Counted from the first letter of the stretch, positions 39,649-49,787 are shown. The stretch is 56,511 nt of DNA from Candidatus Binatia bacterium (GCA_038245295.1 JBBRSP010000036.1:1-56511), one strand, 5' to 3'. Notes: generated from the sequence alone by a model not told the origin. A program made the numbers and translations.

Positions 39649-41529
39649 CTACCCGACTTGCTTCCAGGCGGGCGCCAGGTGTGGCTGCTCCGGCTCGTGC
39701 TCGGCCAAGCGGTGCAGGTGGGCCTCGACGAGATCGCTGCGCGTGAGAATACCCAGCAGGCGGCGCGGCGCGACGCGTGACACTACCGGCAGGCGGCCGA
39801 TGTTTTCTCGCGCCAGCTGATCCGCCGCCTGGCGCAGGGAGCAGTCTTCGTAGGTGACGATGGCGGGGCGGCGCACGATCTGGCGCAATGGCGTATTCGG
39901 ATCGGCAGCCTCGATGAGGTCGCGGCGCGTCAACACGCCGACCAGATCCCCGGCCGCATCGACGACGGGAAAACCGTGATGGCTGGCACCGCCGGCGCCC
40001 GACGTAATCCAGGCGCGTGCGGCGCTTAACGTGTCGTCGGCACGCAGGGTGACCACCGAGCGCAGGGCGCAATCGCGCACGTGCAACTGGTCGAGAAAGT
40101 CCGTGCTATATTCACCGAGCACGCGCACGCCGCGTCGGGCAATCTTTTCGGTCATGATCGACGTGCGCATGAGCAGCGACGACACCAGGAACGATGCCGT
40201 ACAGCCGCCGAGGAGCGGCAATAACCCGATGGGCTGGCGCGTCGTCTCGAAAGCAAAGACCACCGAAGCGAGCAGGGCGCGTGAGGCGCCCGCAAACATG
40301 GCTGCCATTCCAACGAGGGCGGCGACGCGCACGTCGACACCCAACCCCGGGGCCAGCGCGATCGCGGCCGCTCCAAGCCCGGCCCCAAGACCGCTGCCGA
40401 AGGTGAACAACGGAGCCAGGGTTCCACCCGAGGTTCCGCTGCCGAGCGCGATGACCCACGACACGAACTTGAGTCCACACAACAGCAGCGCGCTCTGTAC
40501 CAGCATGTTGCCGGAGATGATGTCTTCGATGTTGGCGTAGCCGACACCCATGGTGCGCGGTGCGACGTAACCGATCAGGCCCACGGCGATGCCACCGATT
40601 GCCGGCCACCACATCCAATGTATCGGCAGATGCTCGAAGCTATCCTCGACGCGATACACCGCCCGTGTCACCGCGACCGAGGCCACGCCGACGATGCCTC
40701 CCAGGAGTACATAGAAGGCAAGGGCGGGACCGCTGGGCTGAAGCAGATCGGGCATCGCAAACACCGGCGCCGATCCCTGGAACGCAATCCGCACACGCGT
40801 CGCCGCGGTTACCGCCAGCGCCACCGGCAGCAGCGAACGTGGCCGATACTCGAAGAGCAAGAGCTCTACGGCCAGCAGTACTGCCGAGACTGGACTGCCG
40901 AAGGTCGCCGCCATACCCGCCGCGGCGCCGGCGGAGAGCAGCGTCTTGCGTTCAATCGCGGTCGTCTTGATGAGCTGTCCCACCAGCGATCCCAACGCTC
41001 CGCCGGTTGCGATGATCGGTCCTTCGGCACCGAACGGTCCGCCCGTGCCAATGGCGATCGCCGCGGACAGCGGCTTCAGCAGGACCATCCGCGGCGGGAT
41101 GCGACTCTTGTTGGTCAGCACCTGCTCCATCGCTTCCGGAATGCCATGACCACGAATCGCCGGCGAACCGAAGCGCGCCATGAGTCCGACGAGAAGCCCG
41201 CCGCCGATCGGTACCAGCACGACCCACCCCCCAAGGTGATGGTCCCAGGGCGAGACGAACCGTGGCGACAGGCGGCCAAAGAACGCCAGGTTGGTCACGC
41301 CGCCGATCAACAAGGTGAGGAGTTGGGCGATCAGACCCGCAGCCAGGGCGATGAGAATCGCCAGTCCGCAGATGAAGACGACGCGTCGGTCGACAACCGT
41401 AGGATGCTTGGCGATATGGGTTGCGGCTAATGCCGGGCCGAGATCCGGCGCCAGGGGCAGTCCCTCGGTGGTTGAGCCAGCCTCGGCCTCACGATGCTGC
41501 ACGACGTGACCGTTTCTTTGCTTTGCCAT
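39649..41529 (-). CDS. CLC chloride channel/transporter with C-terminal CBS pair
   Basis: GHGIPE, GAEGP, GGTLAP motifs; CBS domains (HGFPVVD, GRLPVV). Confidence 0.92.
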   Translation of the reverse strand: MAKQRNGHVVQHREAEAGSTTEGLPLAPDLGPALAATHIAKHPTVVDRRVVFICGLAILIALAAGLIAQLLTLLIGGVTNLAFFGRLSPRFVSPWDHHLGGWVVLVPIGGGLLVGLMARFGSPAIRGHGIPEAMEQVLTNKSRIPPRMVLLKPLSAAIAIGTGGPFGAEGPIIATGGALGSLVGQLIKTTAIERKTLLSAGAAAGMAATFGSPVSAVLLAVELLLFEYRPRSLLPVALAVTAATRVRIAFQGSAPVFAMPDLLQPSGPALAFYVLLGGIVGVASVAVTRAVYRVEDSFEHLPIHWMWWPAIGGIAVGLIGYVAPRTMGVGYANIEDIISGNMLVQSALLLCGLKFVSWVIALGSGTSGGTLAPLFTFGSGLGAGLGAAAIALAPGLGVDVRVAALVGMAAMFAGASRALLASVVFAFETTRQPIGLLPLLGGCTASFLVSSLLMRTSIMTEKIARRGVRVLGEYSTDFLDQLHVRDCALRSVVTLRADDTLSAARAWITSGAGGASHHGFPVVDAAGDLVGVLTRRDLIEAADPNTPLRQIVRRPAIVTYEDCSLRQAADQLARENIGRLPVVSRVAPRRLLGILTRSDLVEAHLHRLAEHEPEQPHLAPAWKQVG

Positions 41530-41974
41530 CTTCAAAAAACATCTGCGGCGTGACGGCTTCGAGGTGCATGGCCTCGACCCACTGGTGCAGCGCCTTGGCG
41601 AGCGTGGCGCTTTGGCGGGCCGACAGTGTCTCGAGCCCGTCGATCAATCGATCCTGTGCCGCCAGCGGCGCCTTGCGCAGGAGAGCACGCCCTTTGCGTG
41701 TCAATGCCAGATCTACCCGGCGAGCGTCACTCTCAGAGACAGAACTGCGCACGAGGTCGCGTTCGATAAGACGTTTGACAACGACCGATACGGTACTCTG
41801 GTGCGTGCGGGTGCGAGCCCCCAGGTCGTTCACCGACAAAGGTTTGTCCCCATCGAGCGACCGCAGCACAAAGAGCTGCGCGGCCGTGACGCCGATCTCG
41901 CTCTCGGCGCGTCGTGAGGATTCGCGCAGGATCTGTACGATGCGGCGCAGGTCGTCGAGGATCGCCGTCGCCAT
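41489..41974 (-). CDS. MarR family transcriptional regulator
   Basis: GVTAAQLFVL, HQSTVSVVVKRL, DARRVDLALT..G; alternative start at 42016. Confidence 0.9.
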   Translation of the reverse strand: MATAILDDLRRIVQILRESSRRAESEIGVTAAQLFVLRSLDGDKPLSVNDLGARTRTHQSTVSVVVKRLIERDLVRSSVSESDARRVDLALTRKGRALLRKAPLAAQDRLIDGLETLSARQSATLAKALHQWVEAMHLEAVTPQMFFEDGKAKKRSRRAAS

Positions 41975-42137
41975 CGACGCCGTGTCATTCTCTTCCTTGC
42001 GTAAATATATGGGCACCCATATACACTACCGACTGCGGTGGTGGCGCGTCAACTCGGGCGCGCCGTCAGTGCTTGTCTAGTCGGTTCACCCCGCCCGATG
42101 AAGCCGTGCGCATCCCCACATCCCAGAGGAGAGAATC

Positions 42138-44360
42138 ATGCAGCCTGGAATCGAAGCAGAAAGACTCTCCCCGTGGTGGAGACGGACAGTCATCCTGATC
42201 ATCGTCGTTGGCCTGGCGATTCTGAGCGGCCTTGCGGCTCAAACGTATAAGGATGCCCCGCCGATTCCCGACAAGGTTGTCGGCCCGTCCGGTGCGACGC
42301 TGTTTACTCACGATGACATTCTGATCGGCCAGCAGGTGTTCCTGCGTTACGGACTGATGGAGAACGGCACGATTTGGGGGCACGGCGCCTATCTCGGGCC
42401 GGATTTCTCGGCCACGTATCTGCATGCTCTGGCGCTCGAGGCCGGTCGCACGGCACAGCCCAATGTTGCCGGGTTGCTGCAGGGCAATCACTACGACGCA
42501 CAGACGGCGGTCCTGTCGTTTAGCGAGCCGGAGGTCCGGACCTATCAACAACAGATCGATGTCTGGGCGGCTTACTTCGCCCAGCCCTCGGCGAGCGCCG
42601 GCCTGCCGACGCATTACATCTCCGATCGGCGCGAATTGGAGCAGCTTACGGCGTTCTTCGCCTGGACGGCGTGGGCTTCCGTGGCGCGTCGTCCCGGGCA
42701 CGACTATTCCTACACCAACAACTTCCCGTACGAGCCGCTGGTCGGCAACCTACCGAGCAGCGAGGCGCTGTTGTGGAGTGCGCTCAGCCTGATCACCCTG
42801 CTCGGTGGAACGGCACTCGTGCTGCTGGCCTTTGGTCGCTTCGACTATCTGGGTTGGAAGGGCAAGGGTGAACATGTTCACCCACAACTCTTGCCCGGCA
42901 TCACGACGCCGAGCCAACAAGCGACGATCAAATACTTCCTTGTCGTCGCCTTACTGTTCCTGGCTCAAGTGTTGGTTGGTGGTGCGACGGCCCACTATCG
43001 CGCCGACCCGAGTGGGTTCTATGGCATCGATCTGGCGAGCCTCCTGCCCAGCAACATCGTGCGCACCTGGCATCTCCAGTTGGCGATCTTCTGGATCGCC
43101 ACAGCCTATGTCGCGGGCGGCCTCTTGTTAGCGCCGTCGCTCGGCGGTGGTGACCCGCGCGGCCAGGTTGGCGGTGTCAACGTCTTGTTCGTTGCGCTCG
43201 TCGTAGTTGTCGTCGGCAGTCTCTTGGGCGAGCTCCTCGGCATCAATCAGCTGCTCGGCAACTTATGGTTCTGGCTCGGTCATCAGGGCTGGGAGTATCT
43301 CGATCTCGGACGCGCCTGGCAGGTCTTGCTCGCCCTTGGCTTGGTGTTGTGGCTGGTGTTGCTGTTCCGCGCCGTGGCGCCGGCCCGCAGCGATCCAAAG
43401 CGCCGTGAGATCACGACCTTGTTTCTCTACTCGGCCGCGGCGATCCCGGTATTCTATCTGCCGGCGATGTTCTTCGGCAGCACGTCGAACTTCTCGGTTG
43501 TCGACATGTGGCGCTTTTGGATCATTCACTTGTGGGTGGAAGGCTTCTTCGAGCTGTTCGTCACCGTGATGGTAGCGATCATCTTTCACCAGTTGGGCAT
43601 CATCACGCAGATCACCGCCGCACGTATCGTCTACCTCGACGCCATCCTCTACCTCGGCGCTGGTATCCTCGGCACCGGACATCACTGGTACTGGACTGGG
43701 CAGGGCGTGGCGACCATGGCGGTGGCGGCGACATTCTCTGCCATGGAGGTGGTACCGCTCACGCTGCTGACGCTCGACGCGTGGGACTTCATGAAGCTGT
43801 CCGGCGCGCACTGCGATGTCTGCGGCAAGCCGGTGTCCGTTCCACACAAGTGGACCTTCTACTTCCTCATGGCCGTTGGCGCCTGGAACTTCGTCGGCGC
43901 CGGCATCTTCGGGTTTCTGATCAACCTACCGATCGTCAGCTATTTCGAAGTCGGTACGATCCTCACACCCAACCACGGACATACCGCGATGATGGGTGTG
44001 TTCGGCATGCTGGCGATGGCCCTGCTCGTGTTCGCCTGTCGCCAGGTATTGACCGATGCGCAATGGGGACGCGTCGAACGCTACGTCCGCGTTTCCTTCT
44101 GGGGGCTCAATATCGGCCTGGCGCTGATGGTCGTCAGCAATCTGTTCCCTGGCGGTGTGCTACAGCTCTGGGACGTCCTGCAGAACGGCTACTGGCACGC
44201 CCGCGGCCCGGAGTTTCTCAACCTGCGTCTGACGCGGATGATCGAATGGGCCCGTCTGCCGGGTGACATTGTGTTCATCGTCGCCGGAGTGATTCCCGCC
44301 GTGATCGCGGTTTCGTTGACATACTTGGCGCAACGCCGCTCACAGTCTTCCATGCATTGA
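42138..44360 (+). CDS. norB: Quinol-dependent nitric oxide reductase (qNOR)
   Basis: GHGAYLGPDF, SYTNNFP, RTWHLQ, HLWVEGFFE, GTGHHWYW, NHGHTA. Confidence 0.95.
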   Translation: MQPGIEAERLSPWWRRTVILIIVVGLAILSGLAAQTYKDAPPIPDKVVGPSGATLFTHDDILIGQQVFLRYGLMENGTIWGHGAYLGPDFSATYLHALALEAGRTAQPNVAGLLQGNHYDAQTAVLSFSEPEVRTYQQQIDVWAAYFAQPSASAGLPTHYISDRRELEQLTAFFAWTAWASVARRPGHDYSYTNNFPYEPLVGNLPSSEALLWSALSLITLLGGTALVLLAFGRFDYLGWKGKGEHVHPQLLPGITTPSQQATIKYFLVVALLFLAQVLVGGATAHYRADPSGFYGIDLASLLPSNIVRTWHLQLAIFWIATAYVAGGLLLAPSLGGGDPRGQVGGVNVLFVALVVVVVGSLLGELLGINQLLGNLWFWLGHQGWEYLDLGRAWQVLLALGLVLWLVLLFRAVAPARSDPKRREITTLFLYSAAAIPVFYLPAMFFGSTSNFSVVDMWRFWIIHLWVEGFFELFVTVMVAIIFHQLGIITQITAARIVYLDAILYLGAGILGTGHHWYWTGQGVATMAVAATFSAMEVVPLTLLTLDAWDFMKLSGAHCDVCGKPVSVPHKWTFYFLMAVGAWNFVGAGIFGFLINLPIVSYFEVGTILTPNHGHTAMMGVFGMLAMALLVFACRQVLTDAQWGRVERYVRVSFWGLNIGLALMVVSNLFPGGVLQLWDVLQNGYWHARGPEFLNLRLTRMIEWARLPGDIVFIVAGVIPAVIAVSLTYLAQRRSQSSMH

Positions 44361-44384
44361 GGGTGCATCCCGTCTCATCAACGA

Positions 44385-45638
44385 TCAGCGCGTCACCACG
44401 GACTCGTCGATCGTCCGGCGTGTGACGACGGCCCCCAGGACCATCAGCACCGCGGCGTAACCGAATCCGAGCGCCGGATGGGCGGTCCACAACACGCCGA
44501 CGATGATGCTCGAGACGAGATCACCGACACCGTTGGTGGCGCCGAGCAGACCGAAGGCAAGTCCGCGTTGATCGACCGGAGCCAACGTTCCGGTCGTCGA
44601 GCCTTCGAGTGTATCCTGAACGCCGTTCACCAGCCCGGCTACCGCGAAGGAAGCAGCGAGCAGCGCCGCGCTGGCGACATGAAAAGAGAAGTACGCCGCC
44701 AACGACAGAGGCACAGCGGCCGAGAGGGAATAGCCCCACGACAGGACGCGTTGATGACCATGTTTGTCTGCCAACGCGCCGGCGGGGTAGGCGGCCGCCG
44801 CATAAACAATATTGTGCAGAACATAGAGAGAACCACCGATGCCGGCAGCCTTGGCTGGCCCCCACGTTGAAGTCAGGAGCTGCGTGGCAGCGAGGATCAA
44901 CATCGAGTGCGCGAAGTCACCGGCGCCGAAAAGGCCCACCCCCACGAGATAACGTCGGAAGCGGGGCGGCATCTGTGCCAGCGCCAACTGGAAGGACTGC
45001 TTCGGTTTGGTCGTTCTGGCGCGCTCGCCGACACAGAGCCCGAAGACGATGGCGGAGAGAACGCCCGGCACCAGCGACCACCACAAAAGGGTTCGCGCCG
45101 TTGCGAGGACTTCTCCCGAAGTGGTGAGTAGCGCGACCGCCAGCATTGGCCCGAGGATGGCGCCAAGTGTGTCACCGAAGCGGTGAAAGCCGAAGGCACG
45201 ACCGCGCGCCTCGGGGGGAATGGCGTCCGTGAGCATGGCGTCACGCAGCGGTCCGCGTATCCCGCGCCCAAACCAGCCGAACACCTTGCCGGCGAGAATC
45301 AGTGGAAAGCCGGCGGCCATGGCGATGATGCCCGATGCCAGGCCGGTGGCGAGATAGCCGACGACGACGAAAGGCTTCCTCCGCCCGACGCGGTCGGAGA
45401 ACCAGCCGGCGCCTAGTTTGATGAAACTGGCTGTCGCATCGGCGACACCTTCGACGATGCCCAGTGAGGCGGGCGGAAGGCCGAGCGCGGCCATGAACGT
45501 CGGCAGGATCGTGCTCTGTGCTTCGTGGCCAAGGTCGGAGAGGAAACTCGTAGCGGCCATTCCCCACACGGTGCGGTTGAGCCACGGCGGCGAAGATTGC
45601 GGCGGTGCCGGCGGCGAGTCGAGCGTCGCGTCGTTCAT
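44385..45638 (-). CDS. MFS transporter
   Basis: GWFSDRVGRRK motif A, RGRAFG; about 12 TM segments; ATG 45638 overlaps the upstream stop. Confidence 0.9.
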   Translation of the reverse strand: MNDATLDSPPAPPQSSPPWLNRTVWGMAATSFLSDLGHEAQSTILPTFMAALGLPPASLGIVEGVADATASFIKLGAGWFSDRVGRRKPFVVVGYLATGLASGIIAMAAGFPLILAGKVFGWFGRGIRGPLRDAMLTDAIPPEARGRAFGFHRFGDTLGAILGPMLAVALLTTSGEVLATARTLLWWSLVPGVLSAIVFGLCVGERARTTKPKQSFQLALAQMPPRFRRYLVGVGLFGAGDFAHSMLILAATQLLTSTWGPAKAAGIGGSLYVLHNIVYAAAAYPAGALADKHGHQRVLSWGYSLSAAVPLSLAAYFSFHVASAALLAASFAVAGLVNGVQDTLEGSTTGTLAPVDQRGLAFGLLGATNGVGDLVSSIIVGVLWTAHPALGFGYAAVLMVLGAVVTRRTIDESVVTR

Positions 45639-46888
45639 AGGTTCAAGTCGCGCAGTGCGGTTGGTCTGGCCAGTTGGGCACCGCCCTTGCCGTTCAACAG
45701 GCGTTGCGCCGGGTAGATGCTGCGATGCCCGGTGAGCAAATAGGCAAGTACGCAAACGATGACGACGTGAGGGAAAACCGGAGCGCCGAGCAATTCCATC
45801 GCCATGATCGACAAAGCGAGCGGTGTGTTCGACGCAGCCGCGAAGACGGCCGCGAGCCCGACACCGGCGCCGAGCTCGAGCGGGATACCGAGCAGACGCG
45901 CCAGCACGTTGCCCAGGGCCGCACCGACAAAGAAGAGCGGTGTGACCTCGCCGCCGAGAAAGCCGGCGCCGAGGGTCACGGCGGTGAACAGTAGCTTCAA
46001 GGCGAAGGCGTAGACGGGCAGGGTCGGATCGTCGAACGAACGCACGATCATCGGAACACCGAGCCCGAGATAGTCGCTGGTGCCGACGAGTTTCCACAGG
46101 CCGACCACCACGAGGCCGCCGAGGAACATGCGGACGGGGAGACGTGGGATATGCCGTTCGCCCCGCTGTTTGATGAAATGCGTCAGCTCGATGAAGGTGG
46201 TCGTGACCACCGCGACGGCGCCGGCGAAGACGAGCCATTTGACAAGCAGCAGCGGTGTGAGCGTCAGGTACGTCGCCGCGGGGTAGGGCGTGTGACCGAT
46301 GCCGAGGGCACGCGTCGTCATGTCGCCGACCACCGCGGCGGCCAGAGCCGGGACGAGCGCGTCGTATTCGATCCTGCCGAGCACGATGAACTCGAGACCA
46401 AAGACGGTGCCGGCGATCGGGGTGCCGAAGACCGAGGCAAAGCCACCGGCGACACCGGCCGCGAGGAGCTGTCGCCGCACGGGTTTGCTGACGCCGAGGC
46501 GGTGCGACAGCCAGTCGGTGATGCTCGCACCCATCTGCACGGCGGTGCCTTCACGTCCGGCGCTACCGCCGAAGACATGCGTCAGCACGGTGCCGATCAG
46601 CACCATCGGCGCCATGCGCAACGGAATCTCGGGACCTTCGTCGTGGATCGTGTCGATGATGAGATTGTTGCCGGCTTTGATCGCGCTCCCAAAGCGCTCG
46701 TAGATCGCGCCAATCATAAGGCCGGCGATCGGCAGCGTATAAACGATGGCTTCGTGGCTCGAACGGAAGTTCGTCGCCAGGTCGAGGACCCAAAGGAAGA
46801 GCGCCGACGCTGATCCACACAGTACACCGACGACGGAGCCGAGGACGATCCATTGGCCAAGCGCGGCCAGGCGATCGCGTCGAGTCAC
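45635..46888 (-). CDS. eriC: CLC-F type fluoride/proton antiporter
   Basis: Carries all three CLC-F signature motifs: GNNLI, GREGT, GEVTP. Confidence 0.88.
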   Translation of the reverse strand: MTRRDRLAALGQWIVLGSVVGVLCGSASALFLWVLDLATNFRSSHEAIVYTLPIAGLMIGAIYERFGSAIKAGNNLIIDTIHDEGPEIPLRMAPMVLIGTVLTHVFGGSAGREGTAVQMGASITDWLSHRLGVSKPVRRQLLAAGVAGGFASVFGTPIAGTVFGLEFIVLGRIEYDALVPALAAAVVGDMTTRALGIGHTPYPAATYLTLTPLLLVKWLVFAGAVAVVTTTFIELTHFIKQRGERHIPRLPVRMFLGGLVVVGLWKLVGTSDYLGLGVPMIVRSFDDPTLPVYAFALKLLFTAVTLGAGFLGGEVTPLFFVGAALGNVLARLLGIPLELGAGVGLAAVFAAASNTPLALSIMAMELLGAPVFPHVVIVCVLAYLLTGHRSIYPAQRLLNGKGGAQLARPTALRDLNL

Positions 46889-46904
46889 GCCTGCCCCTTG
46901 CCGG

Positions 46905-47150
46905 TCAACGACGTAATGATGTGGGTGGGCACTTGGCCAAGCAATCCTTGCGTGCCGGATTACACGCCGCCATCACACAGCTCAACTTGCTGCCGACCTC
47001 CTGCGGACACTGGTTCCCGCACTGGTCGTAGCGTCTCTCGCAGCTCTGGGCGCAATCTTGATCGAGGCCGCCGGTCTCGAGACGGCGGCCGATGGCGCAG
47101 CCGCAGAGGGCCAATACGAAACAAAGAAGGGCTGCACGGAAAATACTCAT
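46905..47150 (-). CDS. Small Cys-rich lipoprotein
   Basis: Lipobox LCGC followed by 8 Cys in CX3C/CX4C pairs. Confidence 0.65.
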   Translation of the reverse strand: MSIFRAALLCFVLALCGCAIGRRLETGGLDQDCAQSCERRYDQCGNQCPQEVGSKLSCVMAACNPARKDCLAKCPPTSLRR

Positions 47151-47207
47151 GTTAGCGGCGCAGTATGTGTTGGGGGTACCCGGGTCAAGCGGATTGGTTC
47201 AGCGGCA

Positions 47208-47325
47208 CGGGCGGAGCAGGTCCGCGATCGAACAAAACGCCCGCCCTACATGCGCCTTGCCTTGGTCGTTTCTGCGGCGCATGCATCGCCGCGGGCAGAA
47301 CCGGGCGGTTCCCGAACCGCCCTAC
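47208..47325. repeat. REP-like elements of a second GTAG family
   Basis: cgggcggttcccgaaccgccctac (47302-47325) and cgggcg...cgcccgccctac (47208-47249). Confidence 0.65.
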
Positions 47326-47371
47326 GTGACCAACAACGGGTTCCAATACTCGCGCCATTCGACGGTCGGCC

Positions 47372-48319
47372 TCAGGCGAAGCGCGGCATGACTTCTTTGG
47401 CGAACAGCTCGGTGGCTTCGAGCCGATCGACGCGGCCGAACATGGCGATGAAGTGGGTGACCCCGACGCCGATGAACTTGCGCAGTTGCGCCGCTACCTG
47501 ATCCGGCGTGCCGGCAATCGTGCGGCCCTGCAGTTGCGCCACAGCCTCATCCATGTTGCCGCCGGTAACGCCGCGTTTGGCGAGGCGTGCCTTCACGCGT
47601 TCCTCGCTCATTTCGACGATGACGTTGCCGAACCAGCTCTTCTCGATCACGGCGGGATTCCGACCGACAGCGGCGCAATGGGCCTCGAGAATTGGAATCT
47701 TCAGGGCAAACTCGTCAGCGCTGCCGCCGAAGTTCCAGCGATCGGCGTGGGTGGCAACGATGCGAAGCAGCTTCTTCTCGCCGGAGCCGCCGATCATGAT
47801 CGGTGGGTAGGGCTTTTGAATCGGCTTGGGATTACACCAGGCGTCGACAACCTTGTAGTGCTTGCCCGGGAAGGTTGTCTTCTCTTCCGTCCACATCTGC
47901 CGGCACAGGGTGAGTGCCTCGTCGAGCTGCGCCAGCCGTGTGCCGACGGCCGGGAACTCGTAGCCATAGGCTATGTACTCCTGCTCGAACCAGCCGGCTC
48001 CCAACCCGAATTCGCAGCGCCCGTCGCTGATATGATCGAGGCTCGCCGCCATCTTGGCCACCAGGGTAGGGGGGCGATAGCCATTGCAGGCTACCAAGGT
48101 GCCGAAGCGAATCGTTGAAGTCTCGCGCGCCAGGGCCGACATCAGGGTCCAACATTCCAGCGAATCATCCCAGGCCGGTGTGACGACACCGTAGAAATGG
48201 TCGTCGAGCCACATGGAGAAATACCCGAGGCGCTCGGCGGCTTGCCAGTGGCGCGCCATGGCGGCGAAGGTGGCGCCCTCGAGTGGGGTTTGGATGCTGA
48301 AACGGATCGGTGGTGCCAT
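47372..48319 (-). CDS. LLM-class (probably F420-dependent) oxidoreductase
   Basis: WLDDHF, AKMAASLDHISDGR..GLGAGW..EY..YG, PKP.QKP.PPIMIGGSGEK. Confidence 0.9.
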   Translation of the reverse strand: MAPPIRFSIQTPLEGATFAAMARHWQAAERLGYFSMWLDDHFYGVVTPAWDDSLECWTLMSALARETSTIRFGTLVACNGYRPPTLVAKMAASLDHISDGRCEFGLGAGWFEQEYIAYGYEFPAVGTRLAQLDEALTLCRQMWTEEKTTFPGKHYKVVDAWCNPKPIQKPYPPIMIGGSGEKKLLRIVATHADRWNFGGSADEFALKIPILEAHCAAVGRNPAVIEKSWFGNVIVEMSEERVKARLAKRGVTGGNMDEAVAQLQGRTIAGTPDQVAAQLRKFIGVGVTHFIAMFGRVDRLEATELFAKEVMPRFA

Positions 48320-48452
48320 CGACGTTCTCCCTTGTGGGCGTGCGCTTACTTCATCTCGACCGAAGGGGGAAGCCACGGCCCGTGCAACGCCGCACAGGAC
48401 CATTGACCGGAAACGGGCGAGCTGTGAGAGGAAGACGCGGAGGCGAGGAACA

Positions 48453-49787
48453 ATGGCGCGATTGAGTCATGGGGATGCGCAACTGTTCTACCACGAGCGG
48501 CGGCGATCAATGATGGAAGCAGTTGGTTTGGTGCAGCGTCGCGACATGATTGCCGTGCCCATCGCCACCGGACAGCCGGCTGCCTTCCTCCAGGCGCTTG
48601 GCGAGCGCGACGATTGGCAGGAGCTGACCATCTTCAGCGGCATCCTGATCGAACCATACAATGTCTTTCTGAAGCCAGGGGTAAGGCTGATCAGCGGGTT
48701 CTATGGGCCGCTGGAACGCATGATGAAAGCGGCGGGAGCGCGCATCCAATATCTACCCGCCGACTTTCTCGGCTATGAACGCTTCGCCAAGCAGATGAAA
48801 CCACGGGTCGTCGCGTCGGCGGTGAGTGCCATGGACGAACATGGATTCCTCAACTTCAGCCTGCATGCCGGCGCCACATTCAACGCTTTCCTCGATGCGG
48901 CGCGCGATCCTGACAGAATTGCCATCGCTGAAGTCACACCAACGCTGCCGCGTGTTCTTGGCCTCGGTCGCTACGGCGGCAACCGCATCCACATCTCGGA
49001 AGTCGACTGTGTCGTCGAAAGCGATCGCGCGGCGTTCGTATATCCGGGACAGGACGTTACGGACGAAGACGAGGCGATCGCCAGGCACGTCGAGAGCCAG
49101 GTGGAAAACGGCGCGACGTTGCAGATTGGCATTGGCGGCATCCCGAATATCGTTGCCGGTCTTCTCGCCAAGGGGAAGAAAGGCGACTTCGGAATCCATA
49201 CCGAGATGTTCGTCGACGGCATCATGGACCTGCACCGCGCCGGTAAGGTCAGCAACAACAAAGGTATCTACGATGGCTTCTCGGTGGCGACCTTCGCCGC
49301 CGGCAGTGCTGATCTATACCGCTGGATCGACAGCAACCCGGAGGTGCGCATGCTGCCGGTGGGCCTGGTCAACGATCCGGCCATCATCCGCCAGAACCGC
49401 AATATGGTGAGCATCAACAGCGCTCTCGGCATCGATTTGAGCGGGCAGGTGATGGCCGATACGATCGGACCACGGCAGTACTCCGGCGTTGGCGGCCATG
49501 AGCTGTTTGTCATCGGGGCGCACGACAGCCCGGGTGGTAAGAGCTTCATTTGTTTGCACGCAACACGCCGCGTCGAGGGAGAACTCGTTTCCAACATCCT
49601 GCCAAGCCTCCCATTGGGCACGCCGGTGTCGACGCCGCGCCATCACGTGCAGTACATCGTCACCGAATTCGGTGCCGCGAATATCGGCATGTTGCCCGAC
49701 GACGAACGTGCAGCCGCCTTGATCCAGGTGGCACATCCGAAGTTCCACGACGAGCTGCGCGCCGAGATCAAGCGACGCTGGGGGTGA
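48453..49787 (+). CDS. Acetyl-CoA hydrolase/4-hydroxybutyrate CoA-transferase family
   Basis: GATLQIGIGGIP, GIHTEM, SINSA..DLSGQV, SGVGG, VTEFG. Confidence 0.9.
   Translation: MARLSHGDAQLFYHERRRSMMEAVGLVQRRDMIAVPIATGQPAAFLQALGERDDWQELTIFSGILIEPYNVFLKPGVRLISGFYGPLERMMKAAGARIQYLPADFLGYERFAKQMKPRVVASAVSAMDEHGFLNFSLHAGATFNAFLDAARDPDRIAIAEVTPTLPRVLGLGRYGGNRIHISEVDCVVESDRAAFVYPGQDVTDEDEAIARHVESQVENGATLQIGIGGIPNIVAGLLAKGKKGDFGIHTEMFVDGIMDLHRAGKVSNNKGIYDGFSVATFAAGSADLYRWIDSNPEVRMLPVGLVNDPAIIRQNRNMVSINSALGIDLSGQVMADTIGPRQYSGVGGHELFVIGAHDSPGGKSFICLHATRRVEGELVSNILPSLPLGTPVSTPRHHVQYIVTEFGAANIGMLPDDERAAALIQVAHPKFHDELRAEIKRRWG

Noticed and set aside
42138..44360. Nitric oxide dismutase (Nod)
   Set aside because: The canonical qNOR HLWVEGFFE motif and both adjacent Fe-ligand histidines (GHH) are retained.
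47245..47292. Fluoride riboswitch (GGCGATGCATGCGCC on the minus strand)
   Set aside because: Resembles only the 5' start; lacks the 3' GCTRATGAC..CTAC pseudoknot part, and a gene separates it from CLC-F.
39516..47400. Active tRNA-integrated element
   Set aside because: No integrase beside the tRNA and no duplicated tRNA 3' end seen.
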